Shown here: positions 38,341 through 46,438 of the stretch, piece by piece
Layout: each line of letters starts with the position of its first letter
How positions within the stretch are numbered: the first letter of the stretch is position 1
DNA from: an uncultured Lentisphaerales bacterium
Lineage (GTDB): Bacteria > Verrucomicrobiota > Kiritimatiellia > RFP12 > UBA3636
Length of the DNA: 59,799 nt
Assembly (NCBI GenBank): GCA_964553035.1
Contig: CAZKJH010000002.1
Coordinates: 1,193 to 60,991, forward strand
Reading direction: 5' to 3'
Made by a program: the position numbers and the translations under genes
The notes under the pieces: generated by a model
What the model was told of the DNA's origin: nothing
Seen by the model: the letters and a program-made list of their open reading frames with translations, nothing else
Database searches by the model: none

Positions 38341-39602
38341 TTCAATATTACTTCGATAACCGGCACAAGTGTGTCGGGTTGTATGACCGGAACTTGAATC
38401 GTGAGAGAACCGTCCGGTGTCGATTTGACTCCACAACTCTCCGACTTTTCAGTAAAGTGCAATTCGCTTCCATCCTGCAGGAACTGAACGTACTTGACCT
38501 TACCAACGAGATCAGGCAAATGAAGATCTTGGAAGGGCCACGAGAGCACATGCACATACAGTCGGTTCGTCATAGGGTTGTAAGTATAGCGGCAGTTCTC
38601 GGCCTCTGTAAATGGCGAAGCACCGCAACCATAAATGGCTCGGCTGTTAAACTTCATCCAGACGGCATAGCCGGCGAGACACGTCAACGCTCGGGAATCT
38701 AAGTAGCCGCGAGCCGTGGGGCCAACGTTCATAATGAGGTTGCCACCACGTGAAACGTGGTTGATCAACATCTCGACGCACATTCGGGGAGTTTTCCAGC
38801 TTGTCTCGTCGCGATGATATCCCCACGACCCGGACATCGTCTGGCATCCCTCCCAAACCACTGGGTTGCCATCCTTGTCCTTGATGCCTGTAGTCGGAGT
38901 GAACTGTTCGGGCGTTTCAATGTCACCAGAGCCCGGCAAATCAAGACGATTATCGAGAACCACATCCGGCTGTAATTTCCGAATAAGTTTCAGTAGTTTT
39001 TCGGATTCCCAATCTTCATGGTCTTTACCATCCTCCCCTGGATAGGAGAAGTCGAACCAGAGAATATCAATCTTTCCATAGTTACTCAGAAGCTCCGTGA
39101 CCTGATCGCGCATATATTTCGCGTACTTCTTCATGTCCCGTCCCTTGTTCATCTTCACCTTATCAGGGCTGTCGCGATAGGGGCTAATACGATCAATGAC
39201 AAAATCGGGATGATGCCAGTCGATAAGCGAATAATAGAGGCCGATGCGGATCCCCTCAGCACGGAATGCGTCGACCACTTCGCGGAGCAAATCACACTTG
39301 GCTGGCGTGTTCGTTGCCTTGTAGTCGGTATGCTTTGAATCCCAGAGGCAGAACCCCTCGTGATGCTTTGTCGTGAAAACTACATACTTCATCCCTGCAG
39401 CCTTCGCCGCTGCCGCCCATTCGCGGGGATTAAAGAGATCCGGATCAAATAAATCAAAGTATTTTTGATAATCCTCGTCCGTAATGCGTTCATAGTGGCG
39501 AATCCATTCATGCCGTGCGGGTAGCGCATACAAACCCCAGTGAATGAACATTCCGAATCTCGCATCAGTAAACCACTGGGTTCTCAACTGTTTCGTCTGC
39601 AT
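38337..39602 (-). CDS. Alpha-L-fucosidase (GH29), no signal peptide
   Basis: ARFGMFIHWG, TTKHHEGFCLW, YYSLIDWHHP, ILWFD, GGNLIMNVGP. Confidence 0.95.
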   Translation of the reverse strand: MQTKQLRTQWFTDARFGMFIHWGLYALPARHEWIRHYERITDEDYQKYFDLFDPDLFNPREWAAAAKAAGMKYVVFTTKHHEGFCLWDSKHTDYKATNTPAKCDLLREVVDAFRAEGIRIGLYYSLIDWHHPDFVIDRISPYRDSPDKVKMNKGRDMKKYAKYMRDQVTELLSNYGKIDILWFDFSYPGEDGKDHEDWESEKLLKLIRKLQPDVVLDNRLDLPGSGDIETPEQFTPTTGIKDKDGNPVVWEGCQTMSGSWGYHRDETSWKTPRMCVEMLINHVSRGGNLIMNVGPTARGYLDSRALTCLAGYAVWMKFNSRAIYGCGASPFTEAENCRYTYNPMTNRLYVHVLSWPFQDLHLPDLVGKVKYVQFLQDGSELHFTEKSESCGVKSTPDGSLTIQVPVIQPDTLVPVIEVILK

Positions 39603-39652
39603 TTATCTATTCCTAACCATGTGCCTTCTATAAAGAGTTAAACAAGTTCGTG

Positions 39653-39682
39653 ATAATACCCCTATAGGGGTCAATGCGTCAA
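39653..39682 (-). promoter_or_regulatory. Promoter with perfect 14-bp palindrome ACCCCTATAGGGGT in the spacer
   Basis: On the minus strand TTGACG-18 bp-TATTAT; palindrome at 39658-39671. Confidence 0.5.
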
Positions 39683-39892
39683 GCAAAGAACTTCTTTTCG
39701 GATTCGCGCTTTTCGGATTCCTTCGCGAATTGTATAGTGAAATGCAATCATCCGTCATGTGGCTCGATAATTTTTCCGTTTTGCTCGATCTCCGACAGGT
39801 GAGAAGGACGGCGGAACGGCACAAAAAATCTGTGAGACGATTGACGAGTATGGTGACGTTTACACTTTTCTGTTAGATCGGAGCTGCGCTTC

Positions 39893-39919
39893 CGCCGTTG
39901 CCGAAACGGCGTTTTTTTT
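39893..39919 (+). terminator. Intrinsic terminator with no upstream plus-strand gene
   Basis: CGCCGTT-GCCGA-AACGGCG followed by T8. Confidence 0.75.
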
Positions 39920-39943
39920 GTGCTCTTACCCGTCGGTTTCGGA

Positions 39944-40086
39944 GTGTGTGTGATGTGTGTGTGAATCACGGGGGCACTTTGCCGGGCGATGGAGCTCCCC
40001 GCCACCCGCTTCCAGGTGCTGCCGCGGGGACTCCCGAGTGGGGCTGCAAGGGCGTTTGGGGGTTGTGTGTGTGATTGTGTGAGTGA
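39944..40086. repeat. Two tandem pairs of GTGTG(T/A)GTGA direct repeats
   Basis: Copies at 39944, 39955, 40065 and 40077. Confidence 0.75.
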
Positions 40087-40132
40087 TTTTACCCCATGTT
40101 TCACCCTGTAACACGAAAACGCGTCCAAAAGC

Positions 40133-40167
40133 AAAAACCCCTTGAACGTGTTGATTTTCAAGGGGTT
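40133..40167 (-). terminator. Terminator of the tRNA-Arg/tRNA-fMet transcript
   Basis: On the minus strand AACCCCTTGAA-AATCAACACG-TTCAAGGGG followed by T5. Confidence 0.7.
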
Positions 40168-40181
40168 CTGTGTCTTCTAAG

Positions 40182-40258
40182 TGGTTGCGGGAGTTAGATT
40201 TGAACTAACGACCTTCAGGTTATGAGCCTGACGAGCTTCCGGACTGCTCTATCCCGCA
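40182..40258 (-). tRNA. tRNA-Met (CAT), initiator-like
   Basis: TGCGGGATAGAGCAGTCCGGAAGCTCGTCAGGCTCATAACCTGAAGGTCGTTAGTTCAAATCTAACTCCCGCAACCA; fMet-type D and T arms; encoded CCA. Confidence 0.95.
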
Positions 40259-40271
40259 TCTGAAATTGAGT

Positions 40272-40348
40272 TGGCGTACCTGGCAGGATTTGAACCTGCA
40301 ACCTTCTGATCCGTAGTCAGATGCTCTATCCAATTGGGCGACAGGTAC
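40272..40348 (-). tRNA. tRNA-Arg (anticodon ACG)
   Basis: GTACCTG acceptor stem, TCTGA-CTACGGA-TCAGA anticodon arm, GGTTCAAATCC, CCA. D-stem has a C:A mismatch. Confidence 0.93.
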
Positions 40349-40568
40349 GCTGATTGGAACCTACTAGTTCCTGTTTTAACTGATTTGTTCGTCTTTTAAG
40401 CATCCCCATCTCGTGAAAACAGAACTAACAGTATCATATCCGTAGTACCGAAAGCAACAAAAAAAACCAGAAGACGAAAATTAAAAATGTAACAAGACTT
40501 CCCGCCCACCGAACAGAAAAAGACAAGCGTTTACTTATACCCTCAGTGCTTGCATCGTAAGCGTCCGG

Positions 40569-41546
40569 CTAGATCCTAAACAAAGCTTCTTCTACGCTGT
40601 CCGGTGCTATGCCGAAGAGGCAAGACTTTGTTCCCTTCGGGCATTTCCGCTTATGACAGGGTACACACCCTGCCACTTGTAGAGGAACATGATTGGGGCC
40701 ATAAGGGCCAGTGCGCTCCGGTGTCGTGGGACCAAAGGGCACCACACACTTGACACCAAGCGCAGCACCCATGTGCATCGGTCCTGAATCGTTTGAAACA
40801 AGCGCAGAGCACTTCGAAAGAACGCCAAGCGAATCGACCAGCGAGAATCGACCGCAGAGATTCGCCGCAGCAACGCCTGCCGAGGCGATGATTCGCTCGG
40901 CGACTGGCTTATCCACGAGACCGCCGATGATATACACCCTAACATCATGCTTCTCGACAAGTCGCTTCACGAGCTCTGCAAAATACGCTTCTGGCCAGTT
41001 CTTACTCTCCCACCGCGACATCGGCGCAACGGCAATGCGGGGTCCCTTGCCGGACAACGGTGCCAGCCCGTCGAGGTCAAACTCGGGAACCGTGATCGGG
41101 AACCGTGGCGGCGTAGGCATGACAAGACCCAGATGCTTCACGACATCGAGACATTCATCCACGGCATGACGATTTCGGTTACGGATACCTGCAAGTTCCG
41201 TGTAGAAGAAACGAGACCCCTCTCGAGAAAAAGAAGGCCCGATACGTCGCGTAGCTTTCGCAGACCGAGCAACAACAGCACTTTTGAGTAGCCCCTGTAG
41301 ATCCACAACCAAGTCGTAACGATACTTTCGAATCGTATTGATCGCAGCCAGATACGCAAGAAACTTCGATGGACGCGGCACCTCGAAAACTTTGTCGACA
41401 CAGGAGAAGGAACGCACGAGCGGAGAGAACGCTGGCTGAACTGCCCAGTGAATTTCCGCTCCGAATTGTGTTTTCAGCTCAGCCACGGCAGGCAACGCAT
41501 GAAGCGTGTCACCGAGAGAACTGAGCTTAACGACTAGGATGCGCAT
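40569..41546 (-). CDS. GT9 LPS heptosyltransferase (WaaC/WaaF-like)
   Basis: MRILVVKLSSLGD, DLQGLLKS, SKNWP, SNDSGPMH, FGPT. Confidence 0.92.
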   Translation of the reverse strand: MRILVVKLSSLGDTLHALPAVAELKTQFGAEIHWAVQPAFSPLVRSFSCVDKVFEVPRPSKFLAYLAAINTIRKYRYDLVVDLQGLLKSAVVARSAKATRRIGPSFSREGSRFFYTELAGIRNRNRHAVDECLDVVKHLGLVMPTPPRFPITVPEFDLDGLAPLSGKGPRIAVAPMSRWESKNWPEAYFAELVKRLVEKHDVRVYIIGGLVDKPVAERIIASAGVAAANLCGRFSLVDSLGVLSKCSALVSNDSGPMHMGAALGVKCVVPFGPTTPERTGPYGPNHVPLQVAGCVPCHKRKCPKGTKSCLFGIAPDSVEEALFRI

Positions 41547-41557
41547 GTGACGATTTT

Positions 41558-43393
41558 TCAGCCGTAAATAGGTCCGAGGAACTCGCAGACTCTAAAATCA
41601 TCGCCCCCGAACCGATTCCAGATCGTCGGACGGAAAATGTCCGATGCGGGGACGTTGTGCATATCAATAGGAATGCGCAGCATCGCATTGAACGTGATGA
41701 GATCCGCGCCGATGAGGCCAAGGCTGTTGGCATCATGATTGGGGCCGATCTTGTCCATATACTCGAACGAGGTCATGCCAAACGGCGTCCAATATGTTTC
41801 CGGCCACGTCGGGTCGGTACGCTTCGAGATAAGATTGGCGACATCCTTGGGAAGTTCAACCGTCTCGCCTTCCACGACGGAGCACGTAAACAGACCGCCG
41901 ACCATATTGTAGCGATAGGCTGTCATGGGCAGACCACCTGGAGTGCGGTAATGGCTGGAAAGACCATCCCCTGAAAAATATGTCAACGCGGCAGACATGT
42001 AGGTCGTCGCCTTTTTGATGGCTGCGAAGGCCTTGAGCTGGAGTTTCTCGCTTGAACGCAATTTGGCCATCAGCGTCTGAATTGGCGTCGAGGTAGGCAG
42101 ACCACAGATCGCGTAAAGGTCGATGCCATATTCGAGGGCACCTGCACCGGAATTACGTTTGTCGATGATGCCACGCGGACAAATCTTCTCAACGCTCTTG
42201 CCACTGGCTTTCTTGATACTGGCAGCAGTCCAGTTGGTGCGGATATCGGCAAACAGTTGTGACATGCCACCCGAAAGCATATTGGCAACAATCATGCCCA
42301 CGCCGTTCTTAGAATCGTTCTCCGTGGCGATTGGCATGGCTGATTTGAACCCGTTCCAGTCGAATAATGAGCAGAGCAACGACTCTGCCACGTCAAAGTT
42401 GGGATTGCCATCAGTCCATTGACGCTGACCCTGCGTACCGGCACCGATTGCATTATAGCCCTGAGCCCACTCCACATTATGTGCGGCCAGCTTCTCATTG
42501 CCACGCATAAGATCCTTCACCAGCACAGCAAGACGGCAACACTGCATCAACAGCTCATCCGGCGGCAGTGGGCGATCCCCTTTCCCAAAATCTAACTTAA
42601 ACGAGGCCTTCATCCAGTCAAAGGCTTTTTTTACTTCCGCTTCTTCGTAAAACTTCGCATTGATGCGCGTATTAAGTCCAGCCATATCAAAGGAAGCTGA
42701 GCCGAGACCGAAGGTGTCGTGCATTTCATTGCGACGGACATCGGAACCGATGATGCCCATGGAAACGCCGCCAATGCCCAGATAGTTCTTGCCGCGGAGG
42801 TAGCCAACGGCAGTTGCGCACCGTGCGAAACGAAGCAGGCGCGTGGATACAAAATCGTTCAACGGCTCCTCTTCATCCTCAAGGTCGGGACTGTAAACAG
42901 AGAAAATCGAACGCTTTTTCTCATCCATCGCGGCGCAGAACGCCTTAAGCCACACGGCACCCGGGCGATCGGTTTGATTGAGACCCCACGCTGCCTGCTG
43001 CCATTCCGACGATCCGATTCCTTGACAGGCCGACATCAGCTCATCGCTGTAGCACCAAGAGCGAGCCACCCAGATATTTGCACAAACGCCTTCTTTCGCA
43101 TACGCCGCTTGGGCAATCGCACCCGTACGGGCGCCGTAGACAATTTCTGGAGCGACAATAACACGAACGGGGCGACCGTCGGGCAGGAAGATATTCTGGG
43201 TGATCAGATCGTAAACCTTCTCGGCCATACGCCAGGTCTTCTCTGCATTCGGTTCAAATGCGCCCACGCGGCCATCGGCGACTGGTGTGATTGCAATCGT
43301 GGGAATTGGTCCGAGCAAGTCGGAATCAAATTTCGTAAAGACACGTTTGCTTGAAGCAAGGGCGGTGAAGTCAGGTTTCACAGTGCTATTCAT
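41558..43393 (-). CDS. fucI: L-fucose isomerase
   Basis: DGRVG, WCYSDE, DRPGAVWL, VSMGIIGS, QGQRQWTD, ATENDS, FADIRT, DPTWP; 611 aa. Confidence 0.88.
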   Translation of the reverse strand: MNSTVKPDFTALASSKRVFTKFDSDLLGPIPTIAITPVADGRVGAFEPNAEKTWRMAEKVYDLITQNIFLPDGRPVRVIVAPEIVYGARTGAIAQAAYAKEGVCANIWVARSWCYSDELMSACQGIGSSEWQQAAWGLNQTDRPGAVWLKAFCAAMDEKKRSIFSVYSPDLEDEEEPLNDFVSTRLLRFARCATAVGYLRGKNYLGIGGVSMGIIGSDVRRNEMHDTFGLGSASFDMAGLNTRINAKFYEEAEVKKAFDWMKASFKLDFGKGDRPLPPDELLMQCCRLAVLVKDLMRGNEKLAAHNVEWAQGYNAIGAGTQGQRQWTDGNPNFDVAESLLCSLFDWNGFKSAMPIATENDSKNGVGMIVANMLSGGMSQLFADIRTNWTAASIKKASGKSVEKICPRGIIDKRNSGAGALEYGIDLYAICGLPTSTPIQTLMAKLRSSEKLQLKAFAAIKKATTYMSAALTYFSGDGLSSHYRTPGGLPMTAYRYNMVGGLFTCSVVEGETVELPKDVANLISKRTDPTWPETYWTPFGMTSFEYMDKIGPNHDANSLGLIGADLITFNAMLRIPIDMHNVPASDIFRPTIWNRFGGDDFRVCEFLGPIYG

Positions 43394-43685
43394 AGTTTTT
43401 CCTATCGTTTAGTAAGAGCCGCATACTTTTTTCTTATAAAAAGTTTTTTCATTGTATCAGAGGTAGAATGAATCTTCAAGCACGGGATACCCCATAAAAA
43501 AGTCGTCAAATCTGGTGGAATCACACCCTATTTCAAATTTTTTACATTTTTTCTATGAATTCGCAAAATAAGGCTTGCACAAGCCCACCTGAAAGATGTA
43601 TTCTCTCAGACAGAAATGGGATTACTGTATCGATCAGGTGCAGCTAGTCCCTCTAAAACAAACAACAACCCCTAAAAAGAACATT

Positions 43686-44429
43686 ATGAAAAAAACTATC
43701 GTATTAGCAGCGATGCTAGCAGGAACGTTGTCAGCACAAGCTGCCTTCGTGGCTTCTGCTGAAAGTTACGGAATTATCAACATTCCCATCGAAATAGGCA
43801 TGAACGCCATCGGTATTAACGTCCTACCCATGTCAGCAGCATCCAACCTCGTACAGAATGTTATTGTTGGCGACGAACTCGTTTCAGGAGAATCGCAAGA
43901 TAGTGCTGCCGCCATGTATATTTTTAACGGAACAGGCTACAACATTTATTGGCTCAGCAATACAGGCGTAACAGTAACAAACTGGACAAACGGAGGGTCT
44001 GCACCCACCGCAAACCCAGGAACAGGTATGTGGATTAAATCCCCTACCGCATGCACAATCTATCAAATGGGTCTCGTGCCAACAAACGCAACCATTAACA
44101 TTGCGTGCGCTCCCACAAGCAACACCTTCATTGCGAATCCCTACCCCATTGCCCTAGACTTTGATGGCGACGGCTCTAAAATTAACTGGAGTGGAGTAGC
44201 AGTTGGTGCAAAGCGGTTATCGGCTGCCGATCTCATTAGGGTCTGGAATGGCGTCGGATACGACACCTATTACTACTACTACAACGCTGCCGCACCAGCA
44301 TCAACTGGATGGTATAACGCTTCTGGAGATCATGCCCCACTTATAAAGGCCGGTGAAGGATTCTGGTTCTTCCGTCGTGGGGGAACAGGCTCAGTAAATG
44401 TCCCTGTCACCAACCCGTTCGCTCAATAG
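43686..44429 (+). CDS. Secreted hypothetical protein (reminiscent of Verrucomicrobia TIGR02597-like proteins)
   Basis: Signal peptide MKKTIVLAAMLAGTLSAQA. Internally repeated module (YIFNGTGYNIYW..GTGMWIK / VWNGVGYDTYY..GEGFWFFR); ANPYP. Confidence 0.7.
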   Translation: MKKTIVLAAMLAGTLSAQAAFVASAESYGIINIPIEIGMNAIGINVLPMSAASNLVQNVIVGDELVSGESQDSAAAMYIFNGTGYNIYWLSNTGVTVTNWTNGGSAPTANPGTGMWIKSPTACTIYQMGLVPTNATINIACAPTSNTFIANPYPIALDFDGDGSKINWSGVAVGAKRLSAADLIRVWNGVGYDTYYYYYNAAAPASTGWYNASGDHAPLIKAGEGFWFFRRGGTGSVNVPVTNPFAQ

Positions 44430-44476
44430 GCGAAAACACTCCATCCATACTACCAGCTATAGGAACTTAAAACAAA

Positions 44477-45058
44477 ATGAAAAAAATATTATTTTCACTG
44501 CTAACAGTAGCGTTGACCTGCGGCTTCGCAAGCGCAATCGGCATCGACTGGGGTGCTGACCAACTTTACATTGGAACCACGGATAGCCACTTGATTGCGG
44601 ATTCGGGGAATTACGGAATAGGCGCAGGGAAATTCCAACTTCTCTTGATGTTCATTGGAAATGCTGATGCAGCGTCGGTTACGGTGTCGGATCTCGGTAG
44701 CCTGTCAGGGGTCGACGCTGGGACGCTTGGCGTTCTTCCCGGTCAAGGGGGCCTTGTCCAAGGTACAGCCAGTGTTGGCTCGTCCACAATCAATGAGGTC
44801 AGCACATGGGCTACTGGTGCTAACTACCTCATGGTGCTCTACAACACGTCCAGCGGAAACTACTATCATCTCACAACGGCCACGGGAAACACGACGCCAA
44901 TAAGTGCTTTGTCTGTCAGTGGAATCTCACTAGGAACCGAGTCCTTTGAATACTTCGTACCCGTCGCTTACCAAGGAGCACAAATCGTTCCCGAACCTAG
45001 CACTGCAGCCTTGGCGATTGCGGGCTTGGCACTGCTCTTCCGACGCAAGAGAGCTTAA
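44477..45058 (+). CDS. PEP-CTERM sorting-domain protein
   Basis: Signal peptide; C-terminal VPEPSTAALAIAGLALLFRRKRA. Confidence 0.95.
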   Translation: MKKILFSLLTVALTCGFASAIGIDWGADQLYIGTTDSHLIADSGNYGIGAGKFQLLLMFIGNADAASVTVSDLGSLSGVDAGTLGVLPGQGGLVQGTASVGSSTINEVSTWATGANYLMVLYNTSSGNYYHLTTATGNTTPISALSVSGISLGTESFEYFVPVAYQGAQIVPEPSTAALAIAGLALLFRRKRA

Positions 45059-45089
45059 ACTAGTAGTAGAAGTTTTCTAACGCTTAAAT

Positions 45090-45126
45090 AAGGCCGTATT
45101 GCGATATCAACGCAATGCGGCCTTTT
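45090..45126 (+). terminator. Intrinsic terminator/attenuator after the PEP-CTERM gene
   Basis: AAGGCCGTATTGCG-ATATCAA-CGCAATGCGGCCTTTT. Confidence 0.8.
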
Positions 45127-45144
45127 ATACTAAAGGGATTGCAA

Positions 45145-46041
45145 ATGAAGGCTCTTCTTGTTTTTATAGCGATTTCACTCTTTATTTGTCAGAAAGCCAA
45201 TTCTGCCAGTTTTTTTTGGAACGTCGGGAAGACCGGTAGCAGGCTAAAAATTAACAATACGCTAACAACTGCTAGCACGTTTAATCTTAACTTTAAACTT
45301 CATCTGATGTACATCGGCTATGATCCGGCTCCCTACACCTCGACAAAAGGATACAGTACCTTCCTTAAGGTGGCAACAGGCATACACGATGATACTGTAA
45401 GTGGACTTATTCAGGGGACAGTCGAGATCGTCGGTGGAACAGAACTCACCGATCGCCAATATATCCCTGCTTTATATGAGAAAGCGACAGAAAAGTACTA
45501 CTTCATTTCGGAAACGAGCGGCGGCTCCGGAATAGCCCCCTATACGCTAGCTGAAGTCACGGGCGATCCACTGTTTGACATTTACTTCGCCTCCTATTAT
45601 CCCACATCCTCAACAGGAAATTTCTACAAAGGCGCGGAGATCCCCCCTTTCTGCGGCTGGCTCGCAACCAACAACCTAGTGCAAGCGAATCTCGTAGGGC
45701 TCAATACAAATCAGGTCAATTTAGCCTTTGCCGTCAATGCAAACCCCACAAATTTCAACAACGTCGCCGTGTCGATAACGAACTTTGTCATTGGCGCGAG
45801 CTCGATGAACGGCAAATTTTCTGCCGTCTCCTACGATGCGCAAAACATACCTTCTAGCGTTATGAAACTCAATGGTACTGCCACGCTTTCGCTCGTCACC
45901 GCCCCTACCCTTTCGGGAATCACGAATGCTATTAGCGATGCTTCGGTCAACTTGTCGAACAAGACATTCCAAGTCACGAGGGGTGCCACCAATACCACGG
46001 AGTTCTTCCACCTAAAGCTCAACGTACCTAACGTGTGGTAA
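45145..46041 (+). CDS. Secreted protein; N-domain paralogous to the PEP-CTERM protein, with a PVC-type C-terminal domain
   Basis: Signal peptide; shared blocks (see findings); C-terminal GWLATNNL...AFAVNANPT...EFFHLKL. Confidence 0.7.
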   Translation: MKALLVFIAISLFICQKANSASFFWNVGKTGSRLKINNTLTTASTFNLNFKLHLMYIGYDPAPYTSTKGYSTFLKVATGIHDDTVSGLIQGTVEIVGGTELTDRQYIPALYEKATEKYYFISETSGGSGIAPYTLAEVTGDPLFDIYFASYYPTSSTGNFYKGAEIPPFCGWLATNNLVQANLVGLNTNQVNLAFAVNANPTNFNNVAVSITNFVIGASSMNGKFSAVSYDAQNIPSSVMKLNGTATLSLVTAPTLSGITNAISDASVNLSNKTFQVTRGATNTTEFFHLKLNVPNVW

Positions 46042-46095
46042 GGGCGGTATAATGGAGACGGCTCAACAGAGCTGGGATTCTGGGGATAAAGAAGG

Positions 46096-46209
46096 AACGT
46101 AGATTAAGAGAATTATTCCGAGTCCACCGACTCGCCCCCTCTCTCAGCCACTTGCCTGCGTGTACACGCAAGCAGGCAGTAGTGGCGCAGAATATTCTTA
46201 ATCCACGTT
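46096..46209. mobile_element. MITE-like element A (114 bp)
   Basis: TIRs AACGTAGATTAAGA / TCTTAATCCACGTT (1 mismatch). Internal hairpin GCCACTTGCCTGCGTGTACACGCAAGCAGGCAGTAGTGGC. Confidence 0.65.
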
Positions 46210-46210
46210 A

Positions 46211-46374
46211 AACCTAAAAGCGTAGGTTGACTTACCTCAATTCGAGCAATCGCCTCAGTGGTAACAGGATACCGCTGTTGTGTTCAACTGTCGCGCAGTT
46301 GAACACTCTTCTTGCAACGTGTTGCCGCTGAGGCGATTGCAATGCGCGAAGTTGTCAACCTACGCTTTTAGGTT
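46211..46374. mobile_element. MITE-like element B (164 bp, fully foldback)
   Basis: Perfect 21-bp TIRs AACCTAAAAGCGTAGGTTGAC. Inner arms GCAATCGCCTCAGTGGTAACA / TGTTGCCGCTGAGGCGATTGC; central GTGTTCAACTG-TCGCG-CAGTTGAACAC. Confidence 0.8.
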
Positions 46375-46438
46375 AAAACTTGTGGTTGATAGGGGTGGCA
46401 GCTCAGCCTTACTCCCTTTGCTTACCCCTTTGAGCCCT

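Noticed and set aside
39748-40161. 137-aa minus-strand ORF next to the tRNAs
   Set aside because: It is a translation of repeats (THITHT) and terminator sequence with a non-ATG start.
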